A stretch of DNA of 63,006 bases from a bacterium (GCA_021163765.1 JAGGTK010000037.1:1-63006), one strand, 5' to 3'. Positions 37,564 to 47,835 are shown, counted from the first letter of the stretch. Notes: a model not told the origin generated them from the sequence alone. Translations and numbers: made by a program.

Positions 37564-38772
37564 ATGGTGATGCAGTCGAAGCGCGCTGCGGTTATTCTCC
37601 CGCTGATACACGTTCTCGTCGTCTGCACGCTCGTCTCGTGCCTGGGCGAAGCACCGAGAGATGACGGCGCCGCTGCGCCGTCCGTGCAGGAAACCACGCA
37701 GGCTGCCAGACCCGCGCAGCCGTCAGCGTCCCGCGGGCCGGGAGACTGGCGGATGTTTGGGCGCGAACCCACGCACAACAGGCGCAGCCCCTTCACCGGC
37801 CCCCCGAAACCCGACCTGAAATGGAAGTTCCGAACCGACAATAAGGTGTACTCCAGCCCGGCGCTGGCGGCCGACGGAACAATCTACTTCGCGAGCCGCG
37901 ACGGGGCTCTCTATGCAATCCGGGCGGATGGAGAGTATCTGTGGGACTACATGACGGGTGGCGAGATATTCTCCAGCCCCGCTATAGGCCCTGACGGGAC
38001 CGTTTACATTGGCAGCCAGGACAACTGCCTTTACGCGCTCACGCCCGATGGCGACCTGAAATGGCGGTACAAGACCGGCGCGAACGTGGACTCAAGCCCG
38101 GCTGTCGGCAGCGACGGCACCGTGTACGTGGGCAGCGACGACCACTTTTTGTACGCGATTTATCCTGATGGAACCTTGAAGTGGCGTTACGAGACCGGAT
38201 GGGAAGTCGCCTCCAGCCCCGCCATTGCGCCCGATGGCACTATCTACGTTGGCGGCAAGGACTTCTACTTCTACGCGATTAAGCCCGACGGAACTCTGAA
38301 GTGGCGCTATGACATGGAAAACTACGTCTATTCCAGCCCTGCTATTGCCGATGATGGGACGGTTTACGTTTGCAGGCAGGATGCCTTTTACGCCTTCAGC
38401 CCTGAGGGCGAGCTGAAGTGGCGCAGCGAGACCAGCGGCAAGATGATATCCAGTCCGGGCATCGCGCCTGATGGAACTGTCTACGCCGGCAGCACGGACG
38501 TGAAGCTTTACGCCTTCAACCCCGACGGCACCTTGAAGTGGATTTACGAAGGCGAAGGTTACTACGGCTTCAACTCCAGCCCGACCATAGATGCCAAAGG
38601 CACCATATATGTCGGCTGTGGTGACACGTACATTCACGCGGTCAATCCAGACGGCACGCGCAAATGGCGCTTCAAGACCGGAGGATGGGTGCCTTCAAGC
38701 CCCGCAATCGGCCCCGACGGCACGCTGTACATCGGCAGCGATGACCACCGCCTTTACGCCATTGGCGAGTAA
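37564..38772 (+). CDS. PQQ-like (BamB-type) eight-bladed beta-propeller lipoprotein
   Basis: LVSC lipobox; eight ~40-aa repeats SSPAIxxDGTxYxGxxDxxLYAxxPDGxLKW. Confidence 0.9.
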   Translation: MVMQSKRAAVILPLIHVLVVCTLVSCLGEAPRDDGAAAPSVQETTQAARPAQPSASRGPGDWRMFGREPTHNRRSPFTGPPKPDLKWKFRTDNKVYSSPALAADGTIYFASRDGALYAIRADGEYLWDYMTGGEIFSSPAIGPDGTVYIGSQDNCLYALTPDGDLKWRYKTGANVDSSPAVGSDGTVYVGSDDHFLYAIYPDGTLKWRYETGWEVASSPAIAPDGTIYVGGKDFYFYAIKPDGTLKWRYDMENYVYSSPAIADDGTVYVCRQDAFYAFSPEGELKWRSETSGKMISSPGIAPDGTVYAGSTDVKLYAFNPDGTLKWIYEGEGYYGFNSSPTIDAKGTIYVGCGDTYIHAVNPDGTRKWRFKTGGWVPSSPAIGPDGTLYIGSDDHRLYAIGE

Positions 38773-38835
38773 CCGGAAGAGATTCATTTCGCACTTCTTA
38801 GCAACGCTCCCGCGCAATGATATGATGGTGCAGGG

Positions 38836-40140
38836 ATGCTTGAACTCATCGAAAAGAAGCAGCGCGGAGAAGAGCTAACCGCAGAAGAGATTGCGCGGTT
38901 GATAGCTGGCTACGGCACCGGGGCGGTGCCCGACTACCAGATGGCCGCACTGCTGATGGCTATCTACTTCCAGGGATTAAGCGAGGATGAAACTACGTCG
39001 CTCACGAGCGCCCTGCTCGAAAGCGGCGACCGCTGGGAGCTTCCTGCAAAGTTCCACCCCGTTCTCGACAAGCACTCCACCGGCGGTGTTGGCGACAAGA
39101 CCTCGCTGCTGATGGTGCCAATGCTGGCAGCGGCGGGATACAAAGTGCCAAAGATGAGCGGGCGCGGGCTCGCCCACACGGGCGGCACGATTGACAAGCT
39201 GGAGAGCATTCCCGGCTTCCGCGCTGAGCTGTCGCGCAACGACGCCCTGCGCCAGCTTGACGACATTGGCTGCGTTATTATGAGCCAGAGCGAAGGCCTC
39301 GTGCCCGCTGAAAAGAAGCTATACGCCCTCCGCGACGTAACAGGCACCGTTTCCCAGCCAGGGCTCATAATCTCAAGCATCCTGAGCAAGAAACTTGCGT
39401 CCGGCGCGACCCACATCATCATTGACGTCAAGTACGGCAGCGGGGCGTTCTTCCCCAGCCAGGCAGACGCCGAGTCGTTCGCCAGGACACTGGTTGCCAT
39501 TTCGCGCAACTTCAAGCCTGAAGTCGCTGCTGCGGTCACAGATATGAGCCAGCCGCTCGGAAGCGCAGTCGGCAACGCGCTGGAAGTCGCTGAGGTGCTT
39601 CGCATCGCAGAGCAGCGCGATGTGGAATGCGAAGTGAGCGCACTGTGCATCGGGCTTGGCGGCGCGCTATTGAAAATGGCCGGCGAAGTGGAAGACGCGG
39701 AACAAGGAGAGGACATCCTTGCTCAGACAATTGCTGACGGCCGGGCGGCGGAAAAGCTGCGGGCGCTTGTCGGCGCACAGGGCGGAGACCTTGATGCATT
39801 TCGCCGGGAAATGGGCGACCTGGGCAGGAAAACCTGCAAGGTAGCAATTACCGCGCGATCTGGCGGCGTGATTTCCGGCCTGGACGCCCTGGCCATAGGC
39901 CAATTCTGCCATCGTCAGGGAGCAGGCCGTAGCCGAAAGGGCGAGGCTGTCAATCCCTGGGTGGGCGTTGTGCTTCACAAGAAGACGGGTGACGCAGTTG
40001 CCCCTGGCGACCTGCTGGCTGAGGCGTATGCCAGACTGGACTGCGACCAGAGATCAGTCGAAGAAGCAGTGCGCAGCGCATACATAATCGGCGAAGAAGC
40101 TCCAGCCCCGCGGCTGATTGGCACAATCCTCACTGGCTGA
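38836..40140 (+). CDS. pdp: Pyrimidine-nucleoside / thymidine phosphorylase
   Basis: PDYQMAALLMAI, DKHSTGGVGDK, KMSGRGLAHTGGTIDKLESIPG, LYALRDVTGTV, DVKYGSGAF. Confidence 0.95.
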   Translation: MLELIEKKQRGEELTAEEIARLIAGYGTGAVPDYQMAALLMAIYFQGLSEDETTSLTSALLESGDRWELPAKFHPVLDKHSTGGVGDKTSLLMVPMLAAAGYKVPKMSGRGLAHTGGTIDKLESIPGFRAELSRNDALRQLDDIGCVIMSQSEGLVPAEKKLYALRDVTGTVSQPGLIISSILSKKLASGATHIIIDVKYGSGAFFPSQADAESFARTLVAISRNFKPEVAAAVTDMSQPLGSAVGNALEVAEVLRIAEQRDVECEVSALCIGLGGALLKMAGEVEDAEQGEDILAQTIADGRAAEKLRALVGAQGGDLDAFRREMGDLGRKTCKVAITARSGGVISGLDALAIGQFCHRQGAGRSRKGEAVNPWVGVVLHKKTGDAVAPGDLLAEAYARLDCDQRSVEEAVRSAYIIGEEAPAPRLIGTILTG

Positions 40141-40220
40141 CCTGGTTCTGGCCTCATTACCTCAGGGCTTCGCCCATAATTGGCGGCGCGACCTGCAAAC
40201 TTTGCCTGATATGCGCTAAT

Positions 40221-40967
40221 ATGTGGCTTATGCTACGCAAATACAGGCAGTCGCGCGCAGTAGCGATAATTGAATATGTCATAGTTTTATTAGTTTACAT
40301 CGCCATCTACCTGGGAATGGCCGCGATGGAATTTCTCGGGCCTATGAAGGAAACAGATATCTCGACATCCGACGTGCCCAGAATCCTAGCGGTCACAATC
40401 GGGATTAACCTCGCTATCTTCCTGGGTTTGGGCCTGCTGCTGATGCTCATCTTCAACCGGTTCCAGGTAGTGGGACTGAGCTTTCGGGAGCAGAGTGTCC
40501 TCATTTCGGTAATGTGGATCGCCATAGTTGTACTCCTTCTCGTCCTGCTGGGCAATGGCGTCCACTCCTTCTTTCAGGCTTCCGGCAACGCGCAACAGGT
40601 TGACCCTATCGTGCAGGCCCTGCAGGGCTACTTCAAGTCACCGTGGCTCGTGCTCGTAGTGGGTGCACCCGTTATGTTCCTTGCAGCAGGCTTGCCTGAG
40701 GAATTCCTGCGCTGCTACGTTATTGGCAACGGCATCCGCCTAAAAAGCACCGGTCTCGTTTACCTTGCAGCGCTTCTCACGTCTGCCGCGTTTGCAGTAG
40801 GCCACTATTACCAGGGCACCGAGGCAATGGTTGCGCTGTTCCTTGTCGGACTCGTATTCAGCATTTTCTACATTATGCGGCAGAGTTTCTGGACGATGGT
40901 CTTTCTGCACACTACCTACAACGTCGTCGTGCTGCTCCTGCCCACACTTGGCGCCAAACAGCCGTGA
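40221..40967 (+). CDS. CPBP (Abi/CAAX) intramembrane protease
   Basis: EEFLR, FAVGHYYQG, HTTYN; multiple TM helices. Confidence 0.9.
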   Translation: MWLMLRKYRQSRAVAIIEYVIVLLVYIAIYLGMAAMEFLGPMKETDISTSDVPRILAVTIGINLAIFLGLGLLLMLIFNRFQVVGLSFREQSVLISVMWIAIVVLLLVLLGNGVHSFFQASGNAQQVDPIVQALQGYFKSPWLVLVVGAPVMFLAAGLPEEFLRCYVIGNGIRLKSTGLVYLAALLTSAAFAVGHYYQGTEAMVALFLVGLVFSIFYIMRQSFWTMVFLHTTYNVVVLLLPTLGAKQP

Positions 40968-40996
40968 TATAATCGAGGCTGCTCTTGTAGGAAGGG

Positions 40997-42370
40997 ATGA
41001 GACCGGAAACCCAAAACCGGATGCTGCTCGTAATCGCGCTTGCAGCGCTCCTGCTCCTTCAGTTGCCATCGCAGGCGTACGCCATCCGCCATCCCCGCAT
41101 CCACGATGCCGACATCGGCGAAAAGGGGCGGGTCATTCTGGAGTACGGCCAGGACTCTTATGAGGAGACCACCGCCCTGTCAAATGGGCGAGACGTCGCC
41201 ACATTCTTCAATTTCGGCTACAACGTAAACGAGCGGTTGCAGGTCCGGGGAAAGCTTATAGGAAACGAGCTTTCCGGCGTAGATGTTCTATTCAATCCGC
41301 TGTTTTCCGACCTCAGTGACGCTGATGGCTGGGGCATTGAGGTCAGGATGATGCTGGAGCGCACTCCTCCGGCCATCCCCGCAACGCCGGAATCCAAGTT
41401 CGCGCCGGGAAACGCATTCTGCGTGGTGCTCGGATTCGACAGCCTGGCGCTTTCCTCGGTCAATGTTGACGACGACCTTCACCGCTTCTACGGTTCTCTG
41501 CTATACAGCACAGACTTCACACAGGAGCTTCACGCCCATACGATTTTCACCACCCAGCATTACACTTCAGACACAAAGCGCGGAAACGCGACATCCCTGG
41601 GGCTTGGCGTGGATTATGACCTGTACACCTGGGACGAGTCCCGCAGCGCTGTGCAGCTCACCGCAAACGGCTTGATAGACATCTACAGCATACGCAAGCC
41701 GACATTCGACACCGGCAGAGTCACCAGGTTCGACGCCGGCCTGAGGTTGCGGATTTCCAATAGCTTTACTGGCTACGCCGGATACGAGGTGGTAAACGAT
41801 TCGCTATCCGACCGCAACTCGCAGGGCGTATTCTACGGCGTAGCCTACACTCCCAAGCTCCCGTTGCTCACGCGAGCCCATCCGCCGGAGGAGGCTCCTG
41901 AAGAGGCTGCGCCTGAAGAAACTCCACCAGCGCAGGCTGAAACGCAGCCGGATGCCGGAAATGGAGGACAGGCCGAAACAGCCCCTGAGAATGGCGAAAC
42001 CCCTGTTGGGCAGAGCCAGGGCAAGGAATCGTCTTCCGTCAGTGACAGTCCGCAGCAGGAAAACCTGGTGCCACCAGTTACGCTACGGAAAACCCAGCCG
42101 GAGCACCCACTCCCGTCTCCATCGGCATCCTCGCCTGAACAGTCCGCCGGCCCTGTGCCCACCACGACAGCACGCATCGCGCGTCCACCGGCGATTGAGA
42201 ACCCCTGGGAACTCCTGCCTCTGGGCTATGACTTCCATCCGCTTACCGCAACCGTGCGCGAAAGCGTTTCAGGCCCTGATAACCCTGCATCCCGCCCGAA
42301 AACTGCTTCTCAGATACTCAAGCTGGCCGAGAGCACGACCGGCACCTACCGGATCTTCACAAACTCCTGA
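40997..42370 (+). CDS. Putative outer-membrane beta-barrel with long Pro/Glu/Ser-rich C-terminal tail
   Basis: Signal peptide; alternating amphipathic strands (FFNFGYN, GWGIEVRM, SLGLGVDYD, FDAGLRLR, GYAGYE, GVFYGVAYTP); low-complexity tail. Confidence 0.65.
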   Translation: MRPETQNRMLLVIALAALLLLQLPSQAYAIRHPRIHDADIGEKGRVILEYGQDSYEETTALSNGRDVATFFNFGYNVNERLQVRGKLIGNELSGVDVLFNPLFSDLSDADGWGIEVRMMLERTPPAIPATPESKFAPGNAFCVVLGFDSLALSSVNVDDDLHRFYGSLLYSTDFTQELHAHTIFTTQHYTSDTKRGNATSLGLGVDYDLYTWDESRSAVQLTANGLIDIYSIRKPTFDTGRVTRFDAGLRLRISNSFTGYAGYEVVNDSLSDRNSQGVFYGVAYTPKLPLLTRAHPPEEAPEEAAPEETPPAQAETQPDAGNGGQAETAPENGETPVGQSQGKESSSVSDSPQQENLVPPVTLRKTQPEHPLPSPSASSPEQSAGPVPTTTARIARPPAIENPWELLPLGYDFHPLTATVRESVSGPDNPASRPKTASQILKLAESTTGTYRIFTNS

Positions 42371-42372
42371 TA

Positions 42373-43392
42373 GTGCGTTCCTGGCTGACATACGGCGGGA
42401 TTATCGCTGTGCTGCTAGCGCTAGCTGCCACATACACGCTGGCTGAGACCGCCAGGTCAGACCGGCTGCGCTGGCGTGACAAGCCGCCCACCCAGATGCC
42501 GGAAGCGTCGGCGCACACCGCAAGCGCAGAATGCGCCGCGTGCCACAAGCCACACGCTTTAGGCAAGGAGCATTCCGCAGTGTCCTGCGCTTCCTGCCAT
42601 TTCGCCGCTGACCGTCCAGGCGAACTCATTCAGCCGGACGACTCCTGCACTGTATGCCATAAGAAAGCCAGAGAAGCACTCCCTCCCCTTGGCGTTTTCC
42701 GCCTCGCTGCCGTGCGCAACGAGTTCCGCCCGACGGGCGAGCTTCTGCAGCCGACCTGCGCATCCTGTCACCAAGGCGAGATGTTCGACCGGCCGCTGAC
42801 CACGCTAACGCACCCTACCCGCAGTGTCGGCTCACACCTTTCCTGCACGGACTGCCACGACGTTCAGGCAGGTAACCTGAAACCGGAAGCCTGGACCGGG
42901 ACAGACTACCAAAGCTCCTTTTGCTTCGGCTGCCACGAAGAGCAGCGCCGCTCATTTGTGCTTTCTGAATCCCACAGCCTGCAACGCCAGGCTGTCTCCT
43001 GTCGCGGCTGCCACCCGCCCCATGAACCCTTTGCCGTAAACATTACCGTAGACCTGCTTGAGCTGATGGGGGAGCAAACGTTGGTAACCTACGATCCAAT
43101 TGACAGTAACAGGCTCTGCCTGCGCTGCCACGGCTATCTCGAATTGGCGGGGCCGCAGACGCGATTCTCACTCGGATCCGGCCTTAGCCTGCACGACCTG
43201 CACCTGAACCGGGCGTACGCCTCCTGCGTGGAATGCCACGACCCGCATGGTGGTTATGCAGCGATGGTGCGCGCGACAACACTCGAGGGTGAGCCGTTGC
43301 TTCACTTCACTGCCGGTGACACAGGATCCTGCACCGTCACCTGCCACGACAGGCGCCACACAGCTTCACAATATCTGCGAACCGGCAGCTAA
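42373..43392 (+). CDS. Multiheme cytochrome c (9 CxxCH + 1 CxxxCH)
   Basis: CAACH, CASCH, CTVCH, CASCH, CTDCH, CFGCH, CRGCH, CLRCH, CVECH, CTVTCH; signal peptide. Confidence 0.93.
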   Translation: MRSWLTYGGIIAVLLALAATYTLAETARSDRLRWRDKPPTQMPEASAHTASAECAACHKPHALGKEHSAVSCASCHFAADRPGELIQPDDSCTVCHKKAREALPPLGVFRLAAVRNEFRPTGELLQPTCASCHQGEMFDRPLTTLTHPTRSVGSHLSCTDCHDVQAGNLKPEAWTGTDYQSSFCFGCHEEQRRSFVLSESHSLQRQAVSCRGCHPPHEPFAVNITVDLLELMGEQTLVTYDPIDSNRLCLRCHGYLELAGPQTRFSLGSGLSLHDLHLNRAYASCVECHDPHGGYAAMVRATTLEGEPLLHFTAGDTGSCTVTCHDRRHTASQYLRTGS

Positions 43393-43401
43393 AGCCGCCC
43401 G

Positions 43402-45042
43402 CTAACCCCCGGTGATGTTGATAAGCTGCGCTTCGCCCAGTTGCGGCCCGGGCAGCGGGACGTTGTATTCCTCGCCCCAGACCCAGATGTTGGTTGTGCT
43501 CTGCGGGAAACGGACCGCCTGAGCGTAGGGGCCGTCACCGCCTATCACGCGGAATGTGAAGTATGCGACAGGGCCGCTTCCCATCACAGTGGGGGCCGGC
43601 CAGCGCTTCGTCGCGTTGAATCCTGCAAGGTCATAATGGTCGGGATCCAGGACAGACGGGCCGATTCGCGCGCCGACGAACAGCGGGTCTCCCCCAAAGT
43701 CCGCGTCATAAAACAGGTTCGGGTCGAAACCGTCCATAGAAGGCTCTGCGGAAACGAACTCCAGGATATCCGACCGGTACTCAAAACGCGCGTTCACCGA
43801 AAACGCGTTCGCCGCATCATTTAGCATCACGCGGACAATTACCTCGTCGTCCACGAAGAAAAACGGCGGATCTGCCGTTACTTCAAGCTCCAGAGTGGCC
43901 ATGGCCGTCGGCTGTGAAGTCTTGGCCACATTGGAATACCAGCCTTCGTAGGTCGTATCGGTCTCTCTGCTGAAGGGGCGAACGTGATACGCGTAGTAGC
44001 CCGGTTCGGGCGTCTGGTCGCGGAAAGTGTACTGCAGCCGGAAATCCTGGTCTGTGTAATCGCGTATCGCGCTTGGCATCTGCTCTGGCGGGCTTGCCCC
44101 TTGCCGCTCAGCATAAGTCCAGCGTCCTGTGTCCTCTGCGTCAGCGTCCTCGTCCGGGCCGGTTAGCAGAGTCCGGTATACGTTGTAGCCCGTAACCTCG
44201 GTGCCATAGAACATGGCAAGCGGCGTAATATCCGCGATCCCTATCTTCCCGTCGCGGTCGCCGTCCACCAGGTCAACGCGCCCGGGATTATCAGACGTTT
44301 CGAATTCCTCGCCGTATATCATCGCAATGGGCGTGATATCGGCTATCGCAACGGTTCCGTTGTTGTCGTAGTCGCCCGGGTGCATTTCCGTCCACGACAG
44401 GCTTACGGTGGCGTCAGGGTTGACTGCGACGGCAAGGTCTTCCACCGCCGCCATATCGCTGTTTGGCGCATCCGAAGCTGCGCGCCCATTCGTCGCGGCG
44501 CCATCGGCAAATCGCAGGCGCGCTATCTCGCCTGCCGGCACCATCGGCTCGCCAACGGAGCGAATTCTCGCCATTCCCACTGCGATTGCACCCGCTTCGA
44601 CGGGAACCGCAAGGAAAATATAATCATCGCCCAGTGCGTCGCCGGGAGACATCGCCGCCGGATGCACCTCATCACCGGCGTAGAAGACATACAGGTAGAG
44701 GTCTCCAGCCGCAGGTTCCGCCAGTTCGAGGGCGACAGAATCGCCCTCCACCCTAATACTCAGCCCTCTTGGTGGCTGAACCGGTTCAAGCTGGCTGCCA
44801 ACTGCCACGACGCGCAACCCACCCTGCGCAATTCCGGGATACGATGCGATATCCTCAGTGCCTGCCGGTGCAGCGGAATGCGACTGTGCCAGGGGGTCGA
44901 AGTTCATCCAGTATGCCGTTTCGTCGGCTGCCGGCGTTGGCAGGGCGCTTCCGCCCTTCAGTCCGCTGCCTGAGCAAGCAAGTAATCCCACAAGCATGCA
45001 GGCAACAACAACGTATGATACAGGTCTCAAGATATGGTTCAC
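43402..45042 (-). CDS. Lipoprotein with cohesin-like domains flanking an Fn3-like domain with inserted dockerin-like pair
   Basis: LLAC lipobox; GDYDNNGTVAIADITPIA / DGDRDGKIGIADITPLA; VSLSW...TGYNVYR...YAYHVRP...SN; C-terminal VIVRVML...FEYRSDILEFVSA...GSGPVAYFTFRV. Confidence 0.8.
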   Translation of the reverse strand: MNHILRPVSYVVVACMLVGLLACSGSGLKGGSALPTPAADETAYWMNFDPLAQSHSAAPAGTEDIASYPGIAQGGLRVVAVGSQLEPVQPPRGLSIRVEGDSVALELAEPAAGDLYLYVFYAGDEVHPAAMSPGDALGDDYIFLAVPVEAGAIAVGMARIRSVGEPMVPAGEIARLRFADGAATNGRAASDAPNSDMAAVEDLAVAVNPDATVSLSWTEMHPGDYDNNGTVAIADITPIAMIYGEEFETSDNPGRVDLVDGDRDGKIGIADITPLAMFYGTEVTGYNVYRTLLTGPDEDADAEDTGRWTYAERQGASPPEQMPSAIRDYTDQDFRLQYTFRDQTPEPGYYAYHVRPFSRETDTTYEGWYSNVAKTSQPTAMATLELEVTADPPFFFVDDEVIVRVMLNDAANAFSVNARFEYRSDILEFVSAEPSMDGFDPNLFYDADFGGDPLFVGARIGPSVLDPDHYDLAGFNATKRWPAPTVMGSGPVAYFTFRVIGGDGPYAQAVRFPQSTTNIWVWGEEYNVPLPGPQLGEAQLINITGG

Positions 45043-45112
45043 TTTATGCAGCTCCTGGGTAATAAACCCGCTGATTATAGCAAGGTAAGGCTTTCATTAC
45101 TATAATCATACC

Positions 45113-45892
45113 GTGAGCCGGTCGCCGAATCTTCATACTTACGATGCAATCCTCGTCCGGACTTCACCGTGGGGTGAACGAGACCGGCTTGCAGTCCTGT
45201 TCGAGGCAAACCGGGGGATTCTGCGGGCACGGGCTATTTCGGCTCTGGAACCCGGCTCCAAGCTCGCGCCTTATCTCGTCGCCCCGGCAATCGGGCGCTT
45301 TACGCTGGCACGCGGTCGCTCTCCCATTCCGGTGCTGGCCAGTGTGGAGTTGGCCGACCGGTTGGCCGGGTGGCGTGCAGATGGCATTAGCATTCGCGTT
45401 GCGGGTGTAGCCCTGGCGGTTCTGGAGGGGCTGGATGCCCCCGAGGAAACCAACCGGCTTTTCTTCCAACTGGCTATGGACCTTCTGCTCAGCAACCCAT
45501 CCGCGCACCCGCTGTCCGCGCTTGCAGTGTTTCTCGTGCAGGCGCTCGGCATCCTGGGTTTACTCGGCGGCGAGGCCAACTGCTCGCTCTGCGGCACCGC
45601 GTTTACCGCCGACAGAGTGGCTGCGGCACCCGATCTCAGGACATTCATCTGTGCTGAATGCTTCAACAGGCTTTACGGGAAAGCTGAGGTCTCCGTGATA
45701 CTCGTCAACCGAGAGCACCTGGAGCTTCTCAGCCTTATGGCACTGACGCCGCTTGCCGATAGCGGCAGGCTCGAGATGGACGGCGATGCGCTGTCGTTCG
45801 TTTTCAGCCTGGCGTGCGCGCGCCTGGATAACACCCTTCCTGCTGCGGTCTCTGCACTGCTTCCGCTCACGGCAGCGCCATGCCTGGCATAG
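45113..45892 (+). CDS. recO: DNA repair protein RecO
   Basis: DAILVRTSPWGERDRLAVLF...GILRARA; zinc-finger CSLCG...CAEC. Confidence 0.85.
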   Translation: MSRSPNLHTYDAILVRTSPWGERDRLAVLFEANRGILRARAISALEPGSKLAPYLVAPAIGRFTLARGRSPIPVLASVELADRLAGWRADGISIRVAGVALAVLEGLDAPEETNRLFFQLAMDLLLSNPSAHPLSALAVFLVQALGILGLLGGEANCSLCGTAFTADRVAAAPDLRTFICAECFNRLYGKAEVSVILVNREHLELLSLMALTPLADSGRLEMDGDALSFVFSLACARLDNTLPAAVSALLPLTAAPCLA

Positions 45893-45936
45893 GACAGCCT
45901 GCGCAACTCCTGCCGGTGATTGTATAATCACCGAGG

Positions 45937-46548
45937 TTGAATCCTCCCTCATACAACCGGCGATACCGCAAAGTAGTACATATGCTCGCCGGCTTGCCCG
46001 CGTTCCTGCTGAAACAGATGCCCTTCAGCGCGATGGTCCTGTTCGGCGTGGTAATGGTGGCAGTAAGCTGGATGCTGCGCCCGAACTGGCGCTGGCTGCG
46101 CGACCTGGCCAAGCCGGAGGATATCAACCGCCGGGCAATAATCGGTGCACGCCACTACTTCCTGACCGTTTTCCTGCTCATAGTCCTCTTCGGCTTGCGC
46201 CACAGCGTCATAGCCACCGCCGGCTGGCTTGCCCTGGCATGGGGAGACGGCGCAGCCGCGCTGGTCGGAGGGAAGCGGAGCGCGCGTCTGCCGTGGTCTC
46301 GACACAAGACGGTCTCCGGCTTCATCTCCTGCATCGCCCTTGTCTACTGTGCAATCTTCATTTCGTATTACTGGGCTTATGACGAGCTGGCGTGGCTTTC
46401 GGCACCGACCATAATTTATTTTGGCGCGGTATCGCTGATAATAGGTGTAGCGGAATCGCTCGAAACCAAGCTGGACGACAACTACACTGTCGGACTAGGC
46501 ACTGCCGCGCTGCTGTTCTTGGGTGCCGCCGTGTTTCACCTCTGGTAG
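45937..46548 (+). CDS. CTP-dependent lipid kinase (dolichol/phytol kinase family)
   Basis: RKVVHM, LAWGDGAAALVG, KTVSG, AESL...DDNYTV. Confidence 0.85.
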   Translation: MNPPSYNRRYRKVVHMLAGLPAFLLKQMPFSAMVLFGVVMVAVSWMLRPNWRWLRDLAKPEDINRRAIIGARHYFLTVFLLIVLFGLRHSVIATAGWLALAWGDGAAALVGGKRSARLPWSRHKTVSGFISCIALVYCAIFISYYWAYDELAWLSAPTIIYFGAVSLIIGVAESLETKLDDNYTVGLGTAALLFLGAAVFHLW

Positions 46549-46558
46549 GAGACAGCGA

Positions 46559-47761
46559 ATGAAGTTTAAATTTCACAACCCAACCGAGGTCCACTTCGGG
46601 CCTGGAGAATTTGAGCGCACAGGCGAACTCGCAGCCCGATTGGGCAGCAAATGCCTGCTCGTAATCGGGCAGGGAAGCGTAGAGCGGCACGGCTACCTTA
46701 AGCGGGCAGAGGATATGCTGGCTGACGCCGGCGTTAGCTACGCAGTCTTCAGGGGAATTGAGCCCAATCCCCACCTGGAAACCTGTGTTGAAGCCGCGCG
46801 AAAGGCGATAGGGGAGAAGTGTGACTTCATACTGGCGCTGGGCGGCGGCTCCGTGATGGATGCGTCCAAGGCCATCGCCGCAGGCTACTACGACCCGGAC
46901 AACCTGTGGGACTACGTCAGCCACGGACAGGAGACAGTCATGCCGGTGAAACAGGCACTGCCTCTGATGGTTGTCCCGACGCTCGCGGCAACGGGCTCCG
47001 AAATGGACGCAGGCGCTGTCATTACGCGGTGGGAGACGCGCGAAAAATGCGTTCTCGGTTCGCCCCTGCTCTTCCCCCAAATCGCCGTCATCGACCCGGC
47101 GCTTACCGTATCGGTCCCGCTGGACTACACGATGGACGGCGTTTTCGACATAGCGGTCCACGTGATGGAGAGCTACTTCAACGGCGACCAGGATACGCCG
47201 CTTCAGGCCAGGCTCATTGAAGGCTGCCTGCTTACAGTCTTCGCCGAAGGCAAGAAGCTGCACGGCGACCTCGAAAACGTGAAGCTGCGGGAAAACGTTC
47301 AGTGGCCGAGTTCACTCGCCCTGTCAGGGCTATTCACCGCCGGCCGCGGCGGCAACTACCCGGTTCACCAGATGGAACACATACTTTCCGCGCGCTGGGA
47401 CATCAGCCACGGGCGCGGACTGGCGCTGATAATGCCGCGCTGGATGTGGTACGTGCTGCCGACAGACCCTGTGCCATTTGCCAGTTTCGCCGTAAACGTG
47501 ATGAAGGTTACGCCAGGCGGAAACAACTTGCGGGATGCCCAGGCAGGAGTGAGGGAACTCTGCCTGTGGCTGGAAAGCGCCGGCCTGTTTCTCACGCTGG
47601 ACGACTTCGGCATCCCGGTCGGCGAACTCGGCGCGGCGGCCGGCGATTGCATGCGGCTCTATGGGCATGGGAAAGGCGTCATTGGCGGCGTGAAGCCGCT
47701 GAGCCTGGAGGATGTTCACGCGATATACCTGATGTGCAAAACCCCTGACTTCATGCGCTAG
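46559..47761 (+). CDS. Iron-containing alcohol dehydrogenase (butanol dehydrogenase-like)
   Basis: NPTEVHFGPG, GIEPNP, ALGGGSVMDASKAIA, TLAATGSEMD, HVMESYF, HQMEH, HGRGLA. Confidence 0.94.
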   Translation: MKFKFHNPTEVHFGPGEFERTGELAARLGSKCLLVIGQGSVERHGYLKRAEDMLADAGVSYAVFRGIEPNPHLETCVEAARKAIGEKCDFILALGGGSVMDASKAIAAGYYDPDNLWDYVSHGQETVMPVKQALPLMVVPTLAATGSEMDAGAVITRWETREKCVLGSPLLFPQIAVIDPALTVSVPLDYTMDGVFDIAVHVMESYFNGDQDTPLQARLIEGCLLTVFAEGKKLHGDLENVKLRENVQWPSSLALSGLFTAGRGGNYPVHQMEHILSARWDISHGRGLALIMPRWMWYVLPTDPVPFASFAVNVMKVTPGGNNLRDAQAGVRELCLWLESAGLFLTLDDFGIPVGELGAAAGDCMRLYGHGKGVIGGVKPLSLEDVHAIYLMCKTPDFMR

Positions 47762-47835
47762 CATTCCCGCTTGATGTTATGATAGCGGCGCAGGAAGTCT
47801 GTTTATTTGGAATCCCGCGCCCGGCTCCCTGAGTG

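Noticed and set aside
37780-38765. ~120-bp tandem DNA repeats
   Set aside because: Explained by the blades of a common PQQ-like beta-propeller.
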